Shown here: positions 38,312 through 48,143 of the stretch, one piece after another | Numbering within the stretch: position 1 is the stretch's first letter | Layout: each line of letters opens with the position of its first letter | Origin: Lachnospiraceae bacterium | GTDB lineage: Bacteria > Bacillota > Clostridia > Lachnospirales > Lachnospiraceae | Direction: 5' to 3' | NCBI GenBank assembly: GCA_024682555.1 | Contig: JAIKZD010000115.1 | Location: forward strand, 10,628-74,627 | DNA: 64,000 nt | Position numbers and translations under genes: made by a program | The notes under the pieces: generated by a model | What the model saw: only the letters and a program-made list of their open reading frames with translations | Told to the model about the DNA's origin: nothing | Databases searched by the model: none

Positions 38312-39844
38312 ATGCTTCCTGTACGCTTTTGTGAAAATATGAAGGCTTTGCTGAAAGATGAATATGAAGCCTTCATCGCAGGATATGAATCTGAAAGCTG
38401 TAAGGCACTGCGTCTTAACCCGCTGAAGACGGGCAAGGCGCAGTTCCTTGCGCTATCGTTATTTCATTTATGCCCTGTCCCCTGGGAGGATATGGGCTTT
38501 TATTATTCTGAAGAGGATTTCCCGGGGAAACATCCTCTTCATGAGGCGGGGGTATATTACATACAGGAACCCTCCGCCATGTATCCGGTAAATCTCCTGT
38601 TTGAAGATGATATGCAGGATCCGGAGAGTCCGGATCCCCTGCATTCCGACCAGCCTTTAACGATCCTCGATCTGTGTGCCGCACCCGGGGGCAAGACAAC
38701 GCAGATCGCCGGAAGGATGAAAGGCCGGGGGGTCCTGGTGGCAAATGAGATCCATCAGAAGAGGGCGGAGATATTATCCGAAAATATAGAGCGCCTTGGG
38801 GTAACAAATGCGTTGGTGCTTAATGAAACTCCCGACAGGCTGGAAAAAAGATTCCCCGGATATTTCAACAGGATACTTGTTGACGCACCCTGTTCGGGAG
38901 AAGGGATGTTCAGGAAAAACGAAGAGGCCGTGAAGGAGTGGAGTCCCGAAAACGTAGAGATGTGCGCAAAAAGACAGGATGACATCCTTGATAAGGCCGT
39001 TACCATGTTAAAATATGGCGGGATTCTCGTTTATTCAACCTGTACCTTTAACAAAGAAGAGGACGAGGACTGTATCGGAAGGTTACTGTCCAGACATGAG
39101 GATCTTAAGTTTATCTGCGAAAAGAAGCTCTATCCCCACAGGATAGAGGGCGAGGGCCAGTATGCCGCAAAGCTTGTGAAGATAGGACCCCGGGGAGGAT
39201 CATCAGGGCATTTGCAACCCTCAAAGCTATCGGTACGAAAAAACGCTCTGCCGTTTTTGAAGATATTTGAAGGCTTTGCACGGGAGAATCTTATAAATGA
39301 CGGAGATTATGTTTCGGAGTCCGGAGCCCTCAACGGGCAAGCGGTCCGGCCGAAAGCCCCCAACGGGCAGGAAGTCCGGTCCGAAGCCCCCAACGGGCAG
39401 GAAGTCCGGCCGGGAGAGGTCCCGCATGATGACGGAATGCTTCCACTGGCACTGCGGGTTTTTAACGATCTGAAAAAATATGGAGGCATAACCTGCGGAG
39501 AGCCCATAGCCTTCGGTGACAATCTGTATATAGCACCCGAAGGATTTACGGACCTTGGCGGCCTCAAATGCCTGCGCCCCGGTCTCCATCTGGGGAGCAT
39601 AAAGAAAGGGCGGTTTGAACCCTCCCATGCACTGGCACTTACACTGAAACCGGAGAACGTAAAACGTTATGTAAACCTGACAGATCCGGAAAGCGCGGAA
39701 TCCTATCTGAAGGGAATGACCTTTTATCATGAGGGTGAAAAAGGCTTCCATCTCATCTGCGCAGAGGGATACAGCCTCGGATGGGGAAAACTTGCGGGGA
39801 ATATCATGAAAAATCATTACCCGAAAGGACTGAGACGGGTCTGA
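38312..39844 (+). CDS. NOL1/NOP2/Sun-family rRNA m5C methyltransferase (RsmF/RsmB-like) with a PUA-like C-terminal region and a repeat insertion
   Basis: SAM-binding motif LDLCAAPGGKTTQIA and catalytic cysteines in ILVDAPCSGEGMFRK and LVYSTCTF. Confidence 0.85.
   Translation: MLPVRFCENMKALLKDEYEAFIAGYESESCKALRLNPLKTGKAQFLALSLFHLCPVPWEDMGFYYSEEDFPGKHPLHEAGVYYIQEPSAMYPVNLLFEDDMQDPESPDPLHSDQPLTILDLCAAPGGKTTQIAGRMKGRGVLVANEIHQKRAEILSENIERLGVTNALVLNETPDRLEKRFPGYFNRILVDAPCSGEGMFRKNEEAVKEWSPENVEMCAKRQDDILDKAVTMLKYGGILVYSTCTFNKEEDEDCIGRLLSRHEDLKFICEKKLYPHRIEGEGQYAAKLVKIGPRGGSSGHLQPSKLSVRKNALPFLKIFEGFARENLINDGDYVSESGALNGQAVRPKAPNGQEVRSEAPNGQEVRPGEVPHDDGMLPLALRVFNDLKKYGGITCGEPIAFGDNLYIAPEGFTDLGGLKCLRPGLHLGSIKKGRFEPSHALALTLKPENVKRYVNLTDPESAESYLKGMTFYHEGEKGFHLICAEGYSLGWGKLAGNIMKNHYPKGLRRV
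39331..39416 (+). repeat. In-frame 30-bp tandem repeat x~2.8 encoding NGQ(A/E)VR(P/S)(K/E)AP
   Basis: Reads caacgggcaagcggtccggccgaaagcccc / caacgggcaggaagtccggtccgaagcccc / caacgggcaggaagtccggccggg. Confidence 0.9.
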
Positions 39845-39988
39845 AAAAACACAGAGAACGAAAAGAATATATACTTTAAAACATAGCGGATTGAGAGTAT
39901 AATCTTTCCGACAGCTGTCTTTTCGTTTTCCCAAATCAAAATGATCTGTTTCTTAAGTGATACTCTTTACGGAGGAGTTTAGACAAGA

Positions 39989-40534
39989 ATGGCCAAAAAC
40001 AGCTCGCTTAATACAAAACCGGCTACTTTGTATAAATTAATGATCCTTTATATGCTGAAGCTTGCGGGGCAGCCCCTTACCACGGCCCAGCTCTACGATT
40101 TTATGGGAGACGGACAGTATGCCGATTATTTCAAGGTAAACAGCATTCTTAATGAACTGATGGATACCGGCCTCATAGCTTCACAGACAAGGCGGAACAC
40201 TTCCCATCTGATGATCACGGATTCAGGAAAAGATACTATAGATATGTTTCCAAATGAGATCCCGGATGATATAAAAAAAGAGATAAGGCAGTACCTTACG
40301 GAAAAGGATTACGAACTTCGGAATGAAGAATCCATTCAGACCGGGATCGACAGGCTTGATGACGGCAGTTATCTGGCGGAGCTTACGATAAAAGAAGCGG
40401 GGTCCGATCTTCTGAACATACGGGTCGCCCTTCCGTCAAAGACCGATGCGGAGTCGGTATGCATCAATTTCGAAAAGAAGCATGGGGAGCTATATCAATA
40501 CATTATGCAGGAATTATTTAAAGGGGAAAAATAA
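39989..40534 (+). CDS. Uncharacterised winged-helix-like small protein; resembles the family I recall as DUF4364 (unverified)
   Basis: Starts KPATLYKLMILYMLKLAGQPLTTAQLYDFM (PadR/wHTH-like N-terminus). 181 aa. Its stop overlaps the next gene's ATG (TAATG). Confidence 0.65.
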   Translation: MAKNSSLNTKPATLYKLMILYMLKLAGQPLTTAQLYDFMGDGQYADYFKVNSILNELMDTGLIASQTRRNTSHLMITDSGKDTIDMFPNEIPDDIKKEIRQYLTEKDYELRNEESIQTGIDRLDDGSYLAELTIKEAGSDLLNIRVALPSKTDAESVCINFEKKHGELYQYIMQELFKGEK

Positions 40535-43029
40535 TGGTATTTCAGACCTTAAACGGAAGATGGCTGATAAATGAGAAAGGCTCGGAGAGTTATCTTGAGG
40601 GAAAGGTTCCGGGTTCGGTCCTTTCCGCCCTTCTTATCCAGCACAGGATACAGGATCCGTTTTTCGGAACAAACGAATATGCGGCCCGGGAGATATTCAG
40701 GAGCGATTTCTATTTTACAAGATCCTTTGACCTTGAGCCGGAGCTTATGGCCCAGGAGAAGATCTTTCTCTGCTGCAAGGGTATAGACACCCTCTCAAAG
40801 ATATACATAAACGACATGCTGATCGGCCATACCGAGAACATGCACCGTACATATTATTTTGAGATAAAGGGATACTTAAGGCCGGAGAACAACACAATCA
40901 CCATAGAGATAGCTTCGCCCTTAAACTATATCGAGAATGTCAGACCGGGCCTTAATAAAGAGATACACTATACTCCCACGGGCTGTATGAAGGGCAATCA
41001 GTATATCCGAAAAGCTCACTGCATGTTCGGCTGGGACTGGGGCGCAAAGATCCCCGACTGCGGTATCTGGCGGAGTATCGATCTTATCGGTTACAGTCTC
41101 ATAAGGCTGGATGAGGTTGTCATAATACAGCATCATGAAAAAAAGAAAGTAACCCTTGAGATAAATGTCAATGCCGAACTGTTACAGCCGGACACCTATA
41201 TCATACAGGCAGAGCTTGTGACCCCCGAGGGTACGCCATCTGCCATAACCGAGACATTAATAGACGGTCATGCCACCGTGAATATCGAGATAGAGAGTCC
41301 GAAGATCTGGTGGCCCAGCGGTTACGGCGAGCAGCCACTCTATACCGTCAGCATATATGCCCTTGACATGAACGGTAACCAGTGGGATTCAAAGACCTAC
41401 AGGATAGGACTCCGGACCCTTACCGTTTCGCAGGAAAAGGACCAGTACGGCAGTGAATTCTGCTTCATGGTCAACGGCGTAAAGATCTTTTCCATGGGAG
41501 CCGATTATATTCCCGAGGATACCATCTATTCCTTTATCACAAAGGAGAAGATCAATTATCTGCTGAGAGCGGCAAAAAAAAGCAATTTCAACACCTTAAG
41601 GGTATGGGGCGGCGGATATTATCCCTCCGATACCTTTTATGACATGTGCGATGAGCTCGGCATCATAGTCTGGCAGGATTTTATGTTTGCCTGCAATGTT
41701 TACGAGCTGAATAACGAGTTCAGAAACAATATAACGGCGGAAGCCATAGATAATGTCAAGAGACTTAGACATCATGCCTGTCTGGGACTTTTCTGCGGCA
41801 ATAATGAGATAGAATCGGCCTGGGATCACTGGAAGGGCTTTTCGGATCATTCCGCAGCCCTTAAGGCCGATTATACAAAGATATTTGAGGAGATCCTTCC
41901 CGAAGTCGTGAAACAGTATGCGCCTCAGACCTTTTACTGGCCTTCATCCCCTTCATCGGGCGGAAATTTTGACGATCCGGATGATGAGAACCGCGGTGAC
42001 AGTCATTACTGGGATGTCTGGCATGGACAGAAGCCATTTTCCGCATATAAGGATCATTACATGCGTTTCTGTTCGGAGTTCGGTTTCCAGTCTTTCCCCG
42101 GGATAAAGACCATAAAAACCTTCACAAGGGAAGAGGACAGAAACATTTTTTCCGAGGTTATGGAAAGCCACCAGAAAAATGATGAGGCAAACGGAAAGAT
42201 GATATGGTACCTTGCCCAGAACTTCCTGTTTCCCAAGGATTTTGAAAGCCTTATATATCTGACCCAGATAATGCAGGCCGTAGCCATGAAGACGGCGGTA
42301 GAGCATTTCAGACGGAACAGGGGAAGGTGTATGGGAGCACTTTACTGGCAGTTAAACGACAGCTGGCCGGTGGCTTCCTGGTCCAGTATCGATTATTTCG
42401 GAAGATATAAGGCTCTTCAGTATATGGCCGCAAAATTTTTTGCACCCATAGCGGGTTCCATAGACAGGGTCGGAAACGTGGTTTCCGTTTATCTGCAGAA
42501 CGAGACCCTTGACATAGAGGTAAGGCGTGTCAGGGTATCCCTTCAGACCTTTGATTTCAGACTCCTTCATGAGATGGAATATGAGGTCGAGCTGATGCCG
42601 GGTGCCGTTTTGATGGTCTGCAGCATGGATTATTCACCTTTCATAGACGGTATTGAAAAAAGAGTGTTCATAGAGGCGGAATTCATCGATGAGGATGATA
42701 ACGTTGAATCCACGGAGATCGAGGTATTTGTACCCTATAAAAGGCTGGAGCTTGGGAATTCCTCAATATCCTACTCGGTAATAGAGCTTATAGATGAGTA
42801 CGTGATAAGGATGATGGCAGGCGGATTTGCTGCCTTTGTGGAGCTTGACTTAAGGAATGCTGACGGTGTATTCTCGGAAAACTATTTCCATCTCACCTCC
42901 AAACGTGAAAAGGCCGTTACCCTGAAAAAATCGGATATCAGATATCTGATCCCGGGAACCCCCGAGATCCAGAACGGAGTAGAGTTAGAGCAGCAGCTTG
43001 TCATTAGAACACTGAAGGACACCTATTGA
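40534..43029 (+). CDS. GH2 beta-mannosidase
   Basis: 831 aa. Shows VPGSVLSALL, WDWG, GGGYYPSD, IVWQDFMFAC and FCSEFGFQSFP (nucleophile Glu block). Confidence 0.85.
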   Translation: MVFQTLNGRWLINEKGSESYLEGKVPGSVLSALLIQHRIQDPFFGTNEYAAREIFRSDFYFTRSFDLEPELMAQEKIFLCCKGIDTLSKIYINDMLIGHTENMHRTYYFEIKGYLRPENNTITIEIASPLNYIENVRPGLNKEIHYTPTGCMKGNQYIRKAHCMFGWDWGAKIPDCGIWRSIDLIGYSLIRLDEVVIIQHHEKKKVTLEINVNAELLQPDTYIIQAELVTPEGTPSAITETLIDGHATVNIEIESPKIWWPSGYGEQPLYTVSIYALDMNGNQWDSKTYRIGLRTLTVSQEKDQYGSEFCFMVNGVKIFSMGADYIPEDTIYSFITKEKINYLLRAAKKSNFNTLRVWGGGYYPSDTFYDMCDELGIIVWQDFMFACNVYELNNEFRNNITAEAIDNVKRLRHHACLGLFCGNNEIESAWDHWKGFSDHSAALKADYTKIFEEILPEVVKQYAPQTFYWPSSPSSGGNFDDPDDENRGDSHYWDVWHGQKPFSAYKDHYMRFCSEFGFQSFPGIKTIKTFTREEDRNIFSEVMESHQKNDEANGKMIWYLAQNFLFPKDFESLIYLTQIMQAVAMKTAVEHFRRNRGRCMGALYWQLNDSWPVASWSSIDYFGRYKALQYMAAKFFAPIAGSIDRVGNVVSVYLQNETLDIEVRRVRVSLQTFDFRLLHEMEYEVELMPGAVLMVCSMDYSPFIDGIEKRVFIEAEFIDEDDNVESTEIEVFVPYKRLELGNSSISYSVIELIDEYVIRMMAGGFAAFVELDLRNADGVFSENYFHLTSKREKAVTLKKSDIRYLIPGTPEIQNGVELEQQLVIRTLKDTY

Positions 43030-43128
43030 CATAGATATAAATGGCTGTATGGATCCGGACAGAACTGACCCGGTTAGCAGGAGACCGGATGTATAAACCG
43101 GAATGAAGAGCTCCGGATGGGAGAAGCA

Positions 43129-44454
43129 ATGGACCTGTTTGAATATATGCGGGAAAGCAATATGGAAAAAGAATCGCCCCTTGCGGCGAGGATGCGGCCC
43201 GAGACCCTTGACGAGGTGGTGGGGCAGGAGCATATCATCGGAAAAGACAAACTCCTGTACCGGGCCATAAAGGCCGATAAGCTTTCCTCCATCATTTTTT
43301 ACGGACCTGCGGGAACCGGAAAGACAACCCTTGCCAAGGTTATCGCAAATACCACCAGTGCCGTTTTTACCCAGTTAAATGCTACCGTTTCAGGCAAGAA
43401 GGATATGGAAGAAGTGGTGGCTAAGGCCAGGGAAGATATGGGGATGTACGGGAAAAGGACCATCCTTTTCATCGATGAGATCCACAGATTCAATAAGAGC
43501 CAGCAGGACTATCTGCTCCCCTTTGTGGAAGACGGTACGGTGATACTCATAGGCGCCACTACCGAGAATCCGTATTTCGAGGTAAATACAGCTCTTATCT
43601 CCCGCTCAAGGATATTTGAATTAAAGCCCCTTTCAAAGGATAATATAAAGGAACTGATAAGAAGAGCGGTAAGTGATGAAGTAAAGGGGATGGGAAGCTA
43701 TGATGCCGTCATCGATGAGGATGCCGCCGATTTTCTTGCGGATATGGCAAACGGCGATGCAAGGGCGGCGCTTAATGCGATCGAGCTGGGCGTTCTGACC
43801 ACGGACAGATCAGAGGACGGTAAGATACATATTACCCTTGATGTCGCCCAGGAATGCATACAGAAGCGGGTGGTCCGGTACGATAAAACGGGCGATAACC
43901 ATTACGATGTTATTTCGGCTTTCATAAAATCCATGCGGGGTTCGGATCCCGATGCTGCAGTATATTATCTGGCCAGAATGCTTAAGGCGGGAGAAGACAT
44001 AAAATTTATTGCCAGACGTATCATGATATGTGCTTCCGAAGATGTGGGAATGGCCGATCCGCAGGCATTGCAGGTCGCTGTGGCCGCTTCTCTTGCGGTA
44101 GAACGTGTGGGAATGCCGGAGGCGAGGATTCTCTTATCCCAGGCAGCGGTTTATGTTGCCTGCGCCCCCAAGAGCAATTCATCCTACCTTGCGATAAATG
44201 AAGCCCTGAGTATGGTCGAAAGCGGCGAGACCTATCCGGTACCGAGGCATCTGCAGAATGTTCATGCCGATTCGGCAGGGCAGGAGCGCGAACAGGGCTA
44301 TCTGTATGCGCATGATTTCCCGGATCATTATGTAAAACAGCAATACCTGCCATATGAGCTTACCGGACATGAGTTTTACAGGCCTTCGGGAAACGGATTT
44401 GAAAAGCAGATCCATGAACATATGATGCGGCTAAAGAATTCTCAGGATTCCTAG
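43129..44454 (+). CDS. rarA: Replication-associated recombination protein A (AAA+ ATPase RarA/MgsA)
   Basis: Walker A FYGPAGTGKTTLA, Walker B LFIDEIHRFNK, then GATTENPYFEV and a C-terminal MgsA domain. ATG 43129 has the SD GGGAGAAG; the alternative is ATG 43117. Confidence 0.92.
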   Translation: MDLFEYMRESNMEKESPLAARMRPETLDEVVGQEHIIGKDKLLYRAIKADKLSSIIFYGPAGTGKTTLAKVIANTTSAVFTQLNATVSGKKDMEEVVAKAREDMGMYGKRTILFIDEIHRFNKSQQDYLLPFVEDGTVILIGATTENPYFEVNTALISRSRIFELKPLSKDNIKELIRRAVSDEVKGMGSYDAVIDEDAADFLADMANGDARAALNAIELGVLTTDRSEDGKIHITLDVAQECIQKRVVRYDKTGDNHYDVISAFIKSMRGSDPDAAVYYLARMLKAGEDIKFIARRIMICASEDVGMADPQALQVAVAASLAVERVGMPEARILLSQAAVYVACAPKSNSSYLAINEALSMVESGETYPVPRHLQNVHADSAGQEREQGYLYAHDFPDHYVKQQYLPYELTGHEFYRPSGNGFEKQIHEHMMRLKNSQDS

Positions 44455-44780
44455 GATCCGGGTATTTTTAAGATTTTAAGATATAATTATTGTTATCGTT
44501 GCAAAATAAATGATTATGTTGTATTTTTATGTGGGCGTGCTTTTCGGCTTTCTGCCATGTGACGGATCTGTCCCGTGACCGGAATACCGAAAAGGCGGGC
44601 CAAAATACTGAAAAGGTATGCGGATGATTTTTGTGTGACCGCATTTTGGCGTTTCGGATCTTCAGATTGATATTTCGTTTACTGTTTCACTGTTAATAGT
44701 TCATATGTGAATCCCCGATCAGAAAAGAGCATAGTTGATGCTTTATGCCGTAAAAAAGAACACAAAAAGGAGATTGGGAA

Positions 44781-46067
44781 ATGAAACCTTATTGCGAACT
44801 GACAAGGGCTGAGCTTGAAAACCTCAGGGAAATACTGAAAAAAGAGTATGAGGACGTTAAGGGGAAGGGACTGAGCCTTAATATGGCAAGGGGAAAGCCT
44901 TCTTCCGAGCAGCTCGATCTTGTGATGGATATGTTTGACGTATTTGATTCGGGTTCGGATCTTATAACGGAATCCGGAGTGGATGTCAGAAATTACGGGG
45001 AACTTACCGGGATACGCGAGGCAAAATGTCTGATCGCGGAGCTTATGGAAGTTGATCCGGATAATGTTTTTGTCTTCGGAAATGCATCCCTTCCCATCAT
45101 GTATGATACGGTTTCAAGATCCGTAAATTTCGGCGTAAATAAGGGCACACCATGGAACAGGCTTGAGAAGGTAAAGTTTCTGTGCCCCGTTCCCGGTTAT
45201 GACAGGCACTTTGCCATAACCGAGCAGTTCGGGATCGAAATGATAAATATCCCGTTAAACGAAGATGGTCCGGATATGGATCTGGTTAAGAAATATGTGG
45301 AAAATGACGATACCGTTAAAGGAATATGGTGTGTTCCCAAGTATTCAAATCCCACGGGTATCACATATTCGGATGAAACGGTAAGGGCTTTTGCGGCTTT
45401 AAAGCCGAAGGCTCCGGACTTCAGGATATTCTGGGATAATGCCTATGCTGTTCATGATCTTTATGAGGACAGAAAAGATGTGCTCTTAAATATCATTGAG
45501 GAGTGCAGAAAAAACGGAAACGAAGATATGGTATATCAGTTTGTATCCACAAGCAAGATAACCTTTGCGGGAGCCGGGATCGCCGCAGTCATCACATCAA
45601 AGGCAAACCTTGAATGGATAAAGTCCACAATGACCATACAGACCATCGGATATGACAAGATCAACCAGCTGCGCCATGTAAGATATTTTAAAAACGCAGA
45701 GGGCATCAGAAATAAGATGAAGGAGCATGCAAAGATCATGGCTCCGAAGTTTGATGCCGTCCTTGACTGTTTTGACAGGGAACTTTCGGATCTTGGCATA
45801 GGGACCTATACAAGGCCCAACGGCGGATATTTTATTTCTTTTACGGCCATGAAGGGATGTGCAAAGAAGATCATAGAAAAATGCAGGGAAGCGGGCATGG
45901 TAACGACAGGTGCCGGAGCGACCTTCCCGTATAAAAAGGATCCCGATGATTCGAATATCAGGATCGCACCCTCTTATCCGACGCTTAAGGAAATGAAGGA
46001 GGCAGCAGCATTGTTTGCCCTGTGTGTTAAGCTTGTGAGCGTTGAGAAACTGCTGGAAGCGGAGTAA
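44781..46067 (+). CDS. PLP-dependent class I/II aminotransferase (aspartate-aminotransferase-like subfamily)
   Basis: Shows LNMARGKPSSEQLDL and the Schiff-base Lys region FVSTSKITFAGAGIA. The SD AAGGAG lies upstream. Confidence 0.75.
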   Translation: MKPYCELTRAELENLREILKKEYEDVKGKGLSLNMARGKPSSEQLDLVMDMFDVFDSGSDLITESGVDVRNYGELTGIREAKCLIAELMEVDPDNVFVFGNASLPIMYDTVSRSVNFGVNKGTPWNRLEKVKFLCPVPGYDRHFAITEQFGIEMINIPLNEDGPDMDLVKKYVENDDTVKGIWCVPKYSNPTGITYSDETVRAFAALKPKAPDFRIFWDNAYAVHDLYEDRKDVLLNIIEECRKNGNEDMVYQFVSTSKITFAGAGIAAVITSKANLEWIKSTMTIQTIGYDKINQLRHVRYFKNAEGIRNKMKEHAKIMAPKFDAVLDCFDRELSDLGIGTYTRPNGGYFISFTAMKGCAKKIIEKCREAGMVTTGAGATFPYKKDPDDSNIRIAPSYPTLKEMKEAAALFALCVKLVSVEKLLEAE

Positions 46068-46137
46068 AGCACCTGAAACGGAATATGAAGGAAATCAATC
46101 AGAGTATAATAAGGCAGGAAAACTGCAAAGGAGGTTT

Positions 46138-47688
46138 ATGGAAAGAGAAAAATACGAATCTCTGGGGCTGACCGTTCTGAGGGATATTGCCAAAGCAAGG
46201 GGACTTAAGGGTGTTTCTTCCCTTAAAAAGAATGATGTTATCGAGCTGATGCTTGACCTCGATGCGAAGGAAGAAAAGGAAAAGCAGGAGGAAAAAGCAA
46301 AGCAGGAAGATAATACAAAAGAAGATAATACAAAAAAGGAAGCAAAGACGGGGAAGGAAGAAAAGCCTAAGAGGGAAGCAAAGACCGGACAGGAAGAGAA
46401 GGTACTGCAGGAAGCAAAGGCGAAACCCGAGGACAGGGAAAAATCCGGAAAGACCGAGGCCGGAGCGCCTCAGGCCGGGGCAGAAAAGCAGGAGGAGGAA
46501 AGATCCGAGAAGGATGCTCCGAGGCTTTCTTCGGAACTGTCGGATGAAAAGAAGAGCCTTGACAGCGGAATAGAGGTAAGAGGCATCCTGGATGTTCTTT
46601 CCGAAGGCTACGGTTTCATCAGAAGCGATAATTATATGCCCGGAGAAAACGATATATATGTTGCTCCCAGTCAGATAAGAAGGTTCGGTCTGAGAACGGG
46701 AGACATACTTGTGGGCAATATGAGGATCAAGAGTCCCACCGACAAGTTCGGCGCACTTTTATTCGTAAAAACCATTAACGGATATGAGCCGGAAAAAATG
46801 AGCAAAAGGGTTGTCTTTGAGGACCTGATACCTGTTTTTCCCGATAAAAAGATCAGACTCGAGAGACCGGGATGTCCCGTGTCAATGAGGATAATGGATC
46901 TTATGTGTCCGGTGGGCAAGGGTCAGAGAGGAATGATCGTATCACCTCCCAAAGCCGGAAAGACCACTCTGTTAAAGGATGTGGCAAAATCCATCACGGC
47001 CAATTATCCCGATATACATCTGATCATCCTTCTTATAGACGAACGTCCCGAGGAAGTTACCGATATGAAGGAAGCGATAAAGGGAGATAATGTGGAGGTC
47101 ATATATTCCACCTTTGACGAGCTTCCCGAGCATCATAAGAGAGTATCCGAGATGGTCATCGAAAGGGCCAAGAGGCTTGTTGAATACGGGGATGACGTGG
47201 TGATACTGCTTGACAGCATCACAAGACTTACAAGGGCTTATAACCTTACCGTTCCACCCAGTGGAAGGACCCTGTCGGGCGGTCTTGATCCCGCGGCTCT
47301 TCATATGCCGAAACGGTTCTTCGGCGCCGCAAGAAACATGAAGGAAGGCGGAAGCCTTACCATTCTGGCCACTGCTCTGGTGGACACCGGCAGCAAGATG
47401 GATGACGTGGTATATGAGGAATTCAAGGGCACCGGTAACATGGAGATAGTCCTTGACAGAAAGCTTTCGGAGAGAAGGGTATTCCCTGCGATAGACATTC
47501 CCAAGTCAAGTACCAGAAGGGATGATCTGCTGCTTGAAAAGGAACAGCTTGACACCATCAATATGATCAGAAGGGCATTTAACGGCATTAAGGCCGAAGA
47601 AGCCGTTGAACGTATAGTGGATATGTTTGTAAAAACAAAGAACAACAGGGACTTTATGGAGATCGCCAAGAAGTACAGGTTCATCTGA
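46138..47688 (+). CDS. rho: Transcription termination factor Rho with a K/E-rich N-terminal insertion
   Basis: Rho_N ([25 protein letters not shown]), a CSD-like RNA-binding domain, Walker [11 protein letters not shown], and [11 protein letters not shown]. The SD AAAGGAGG lies before ATG 46138. The track start 46042 overlaps the aminotransferase gene. Confidence 0.95.
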   Translation: MEREKYESLGLTVLRDIAKARGLKGVSSLKKNDVIELMLDLDAKEEKEKQEEKAKQEDNTKEDNTKKEAKTGKEEKPKREAKTGQEEKVLQEAKAKPEDREKSGKTEAGAPQAGAEKQEEERSEKDAPRLSSELSDEKKSLDSGIEVRGILDVLSEGYGFIRSDNYMPGENDIYVAPSQIRRFGLRTGDILVGNMRIKSPTDKFGALLFVKTINGYEPEKMSKRVVFEDLIPVFPDKKIRLERPGCPVSMRIMDLMCPVGKGQRGMIVSPPKAGKTTLLKDVAKSITANYPDIHLIILLIDERPEEVTDMKEAIKGDNVEVIYSTFDELPEHHKRVSEMVIERAKRLVEYGDDVVILLDSITRLTRAYNLTVPPSGRTLSGGLDPAALHMPKRFFGAARNMKEGGSLTILATALVDTGSKMDDVVYEEFKGTGNMEIVLDRKLSERRVFPAIDIPKSSTRRDDLLLEKEQLDTINMIRRAFNGIKAEEAVERIVDMFVKTKNNRDFMEIAKKYRFI

Positions 47689-47722
47689 CCGTACCCTTTG
47701 CAAAAAGAGCGGAAAATTATGC

Positions 47723-47751
47723 TTGCACTGAAAAATAAGCTGTGTTACAAT
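47723..47751 (+). promoter_or_regulatory. Sigma-A promoter TTGCAC-N17-TACAAT with a TGT extended -10, plus a ~95-nt leader before rpmE
   Basis: TTGCAC lies at 47723-47728 and TACAAT at 47746-47751. Confidence 0.55.
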
Positions 47752-47850
47752 GTTAAAGCTGTGCAGACAGATTTACGGACACAATCCTGATAAAGCCTGA
47801 ATGCAGGCGTTATCGACGGATCAAACAGTAATAGATAAAGAGGTGAGATC

Positions 47851-48057
47851 ATGAAAGACGGAATACATCCTAACTACCATCAGGCGACGGTTACCTGCAA
47901 CTGCGGAAATACTTTTACGGTTGGTTCCACAAAGCCGGAGATACACGTGGAGATCTGTTCCAAATGTCATTCCTTTTATACAGGACAGCAGAAGACAGCC
48001 AGAATAGATGGACGTATTGAGAAGTTCAATAAGAAATACGGCGTTGAAAGCAAGTAA
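47851..48057 (+). CDS. rpmE: 50S ribosomal protein L31 (Zn-ribbon type A)
   Basis: Sequence [22 protein letters not shown]...[13 protein letters not shown]. Confidence 0.97.
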   Translation: MKDGIHPNYHQATVTCNCGNTFTVGSTKPEIHVEICSKCHSFYTGQQKTARIDGRIEKFNKKYGVESK

Positions 48058-48065
48058 CTATAAAA

Positions 48066-48099
48066 AGGCTGAAAGGTTGAGCAACGCTCAGCCTTTTTT
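48066..48099 (+). terminator. Rho-independent terminator
   Basis: AGGCTGA (48066-48072) pairs with TCAGCCT (48088-48094), followed by TTTTTTG. Confidence 0.75.
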
Positions 48100-48143
48100 G
48101 TTAAATAACATTATATTCCGCATCTGATTGGAGAAACAGGATT

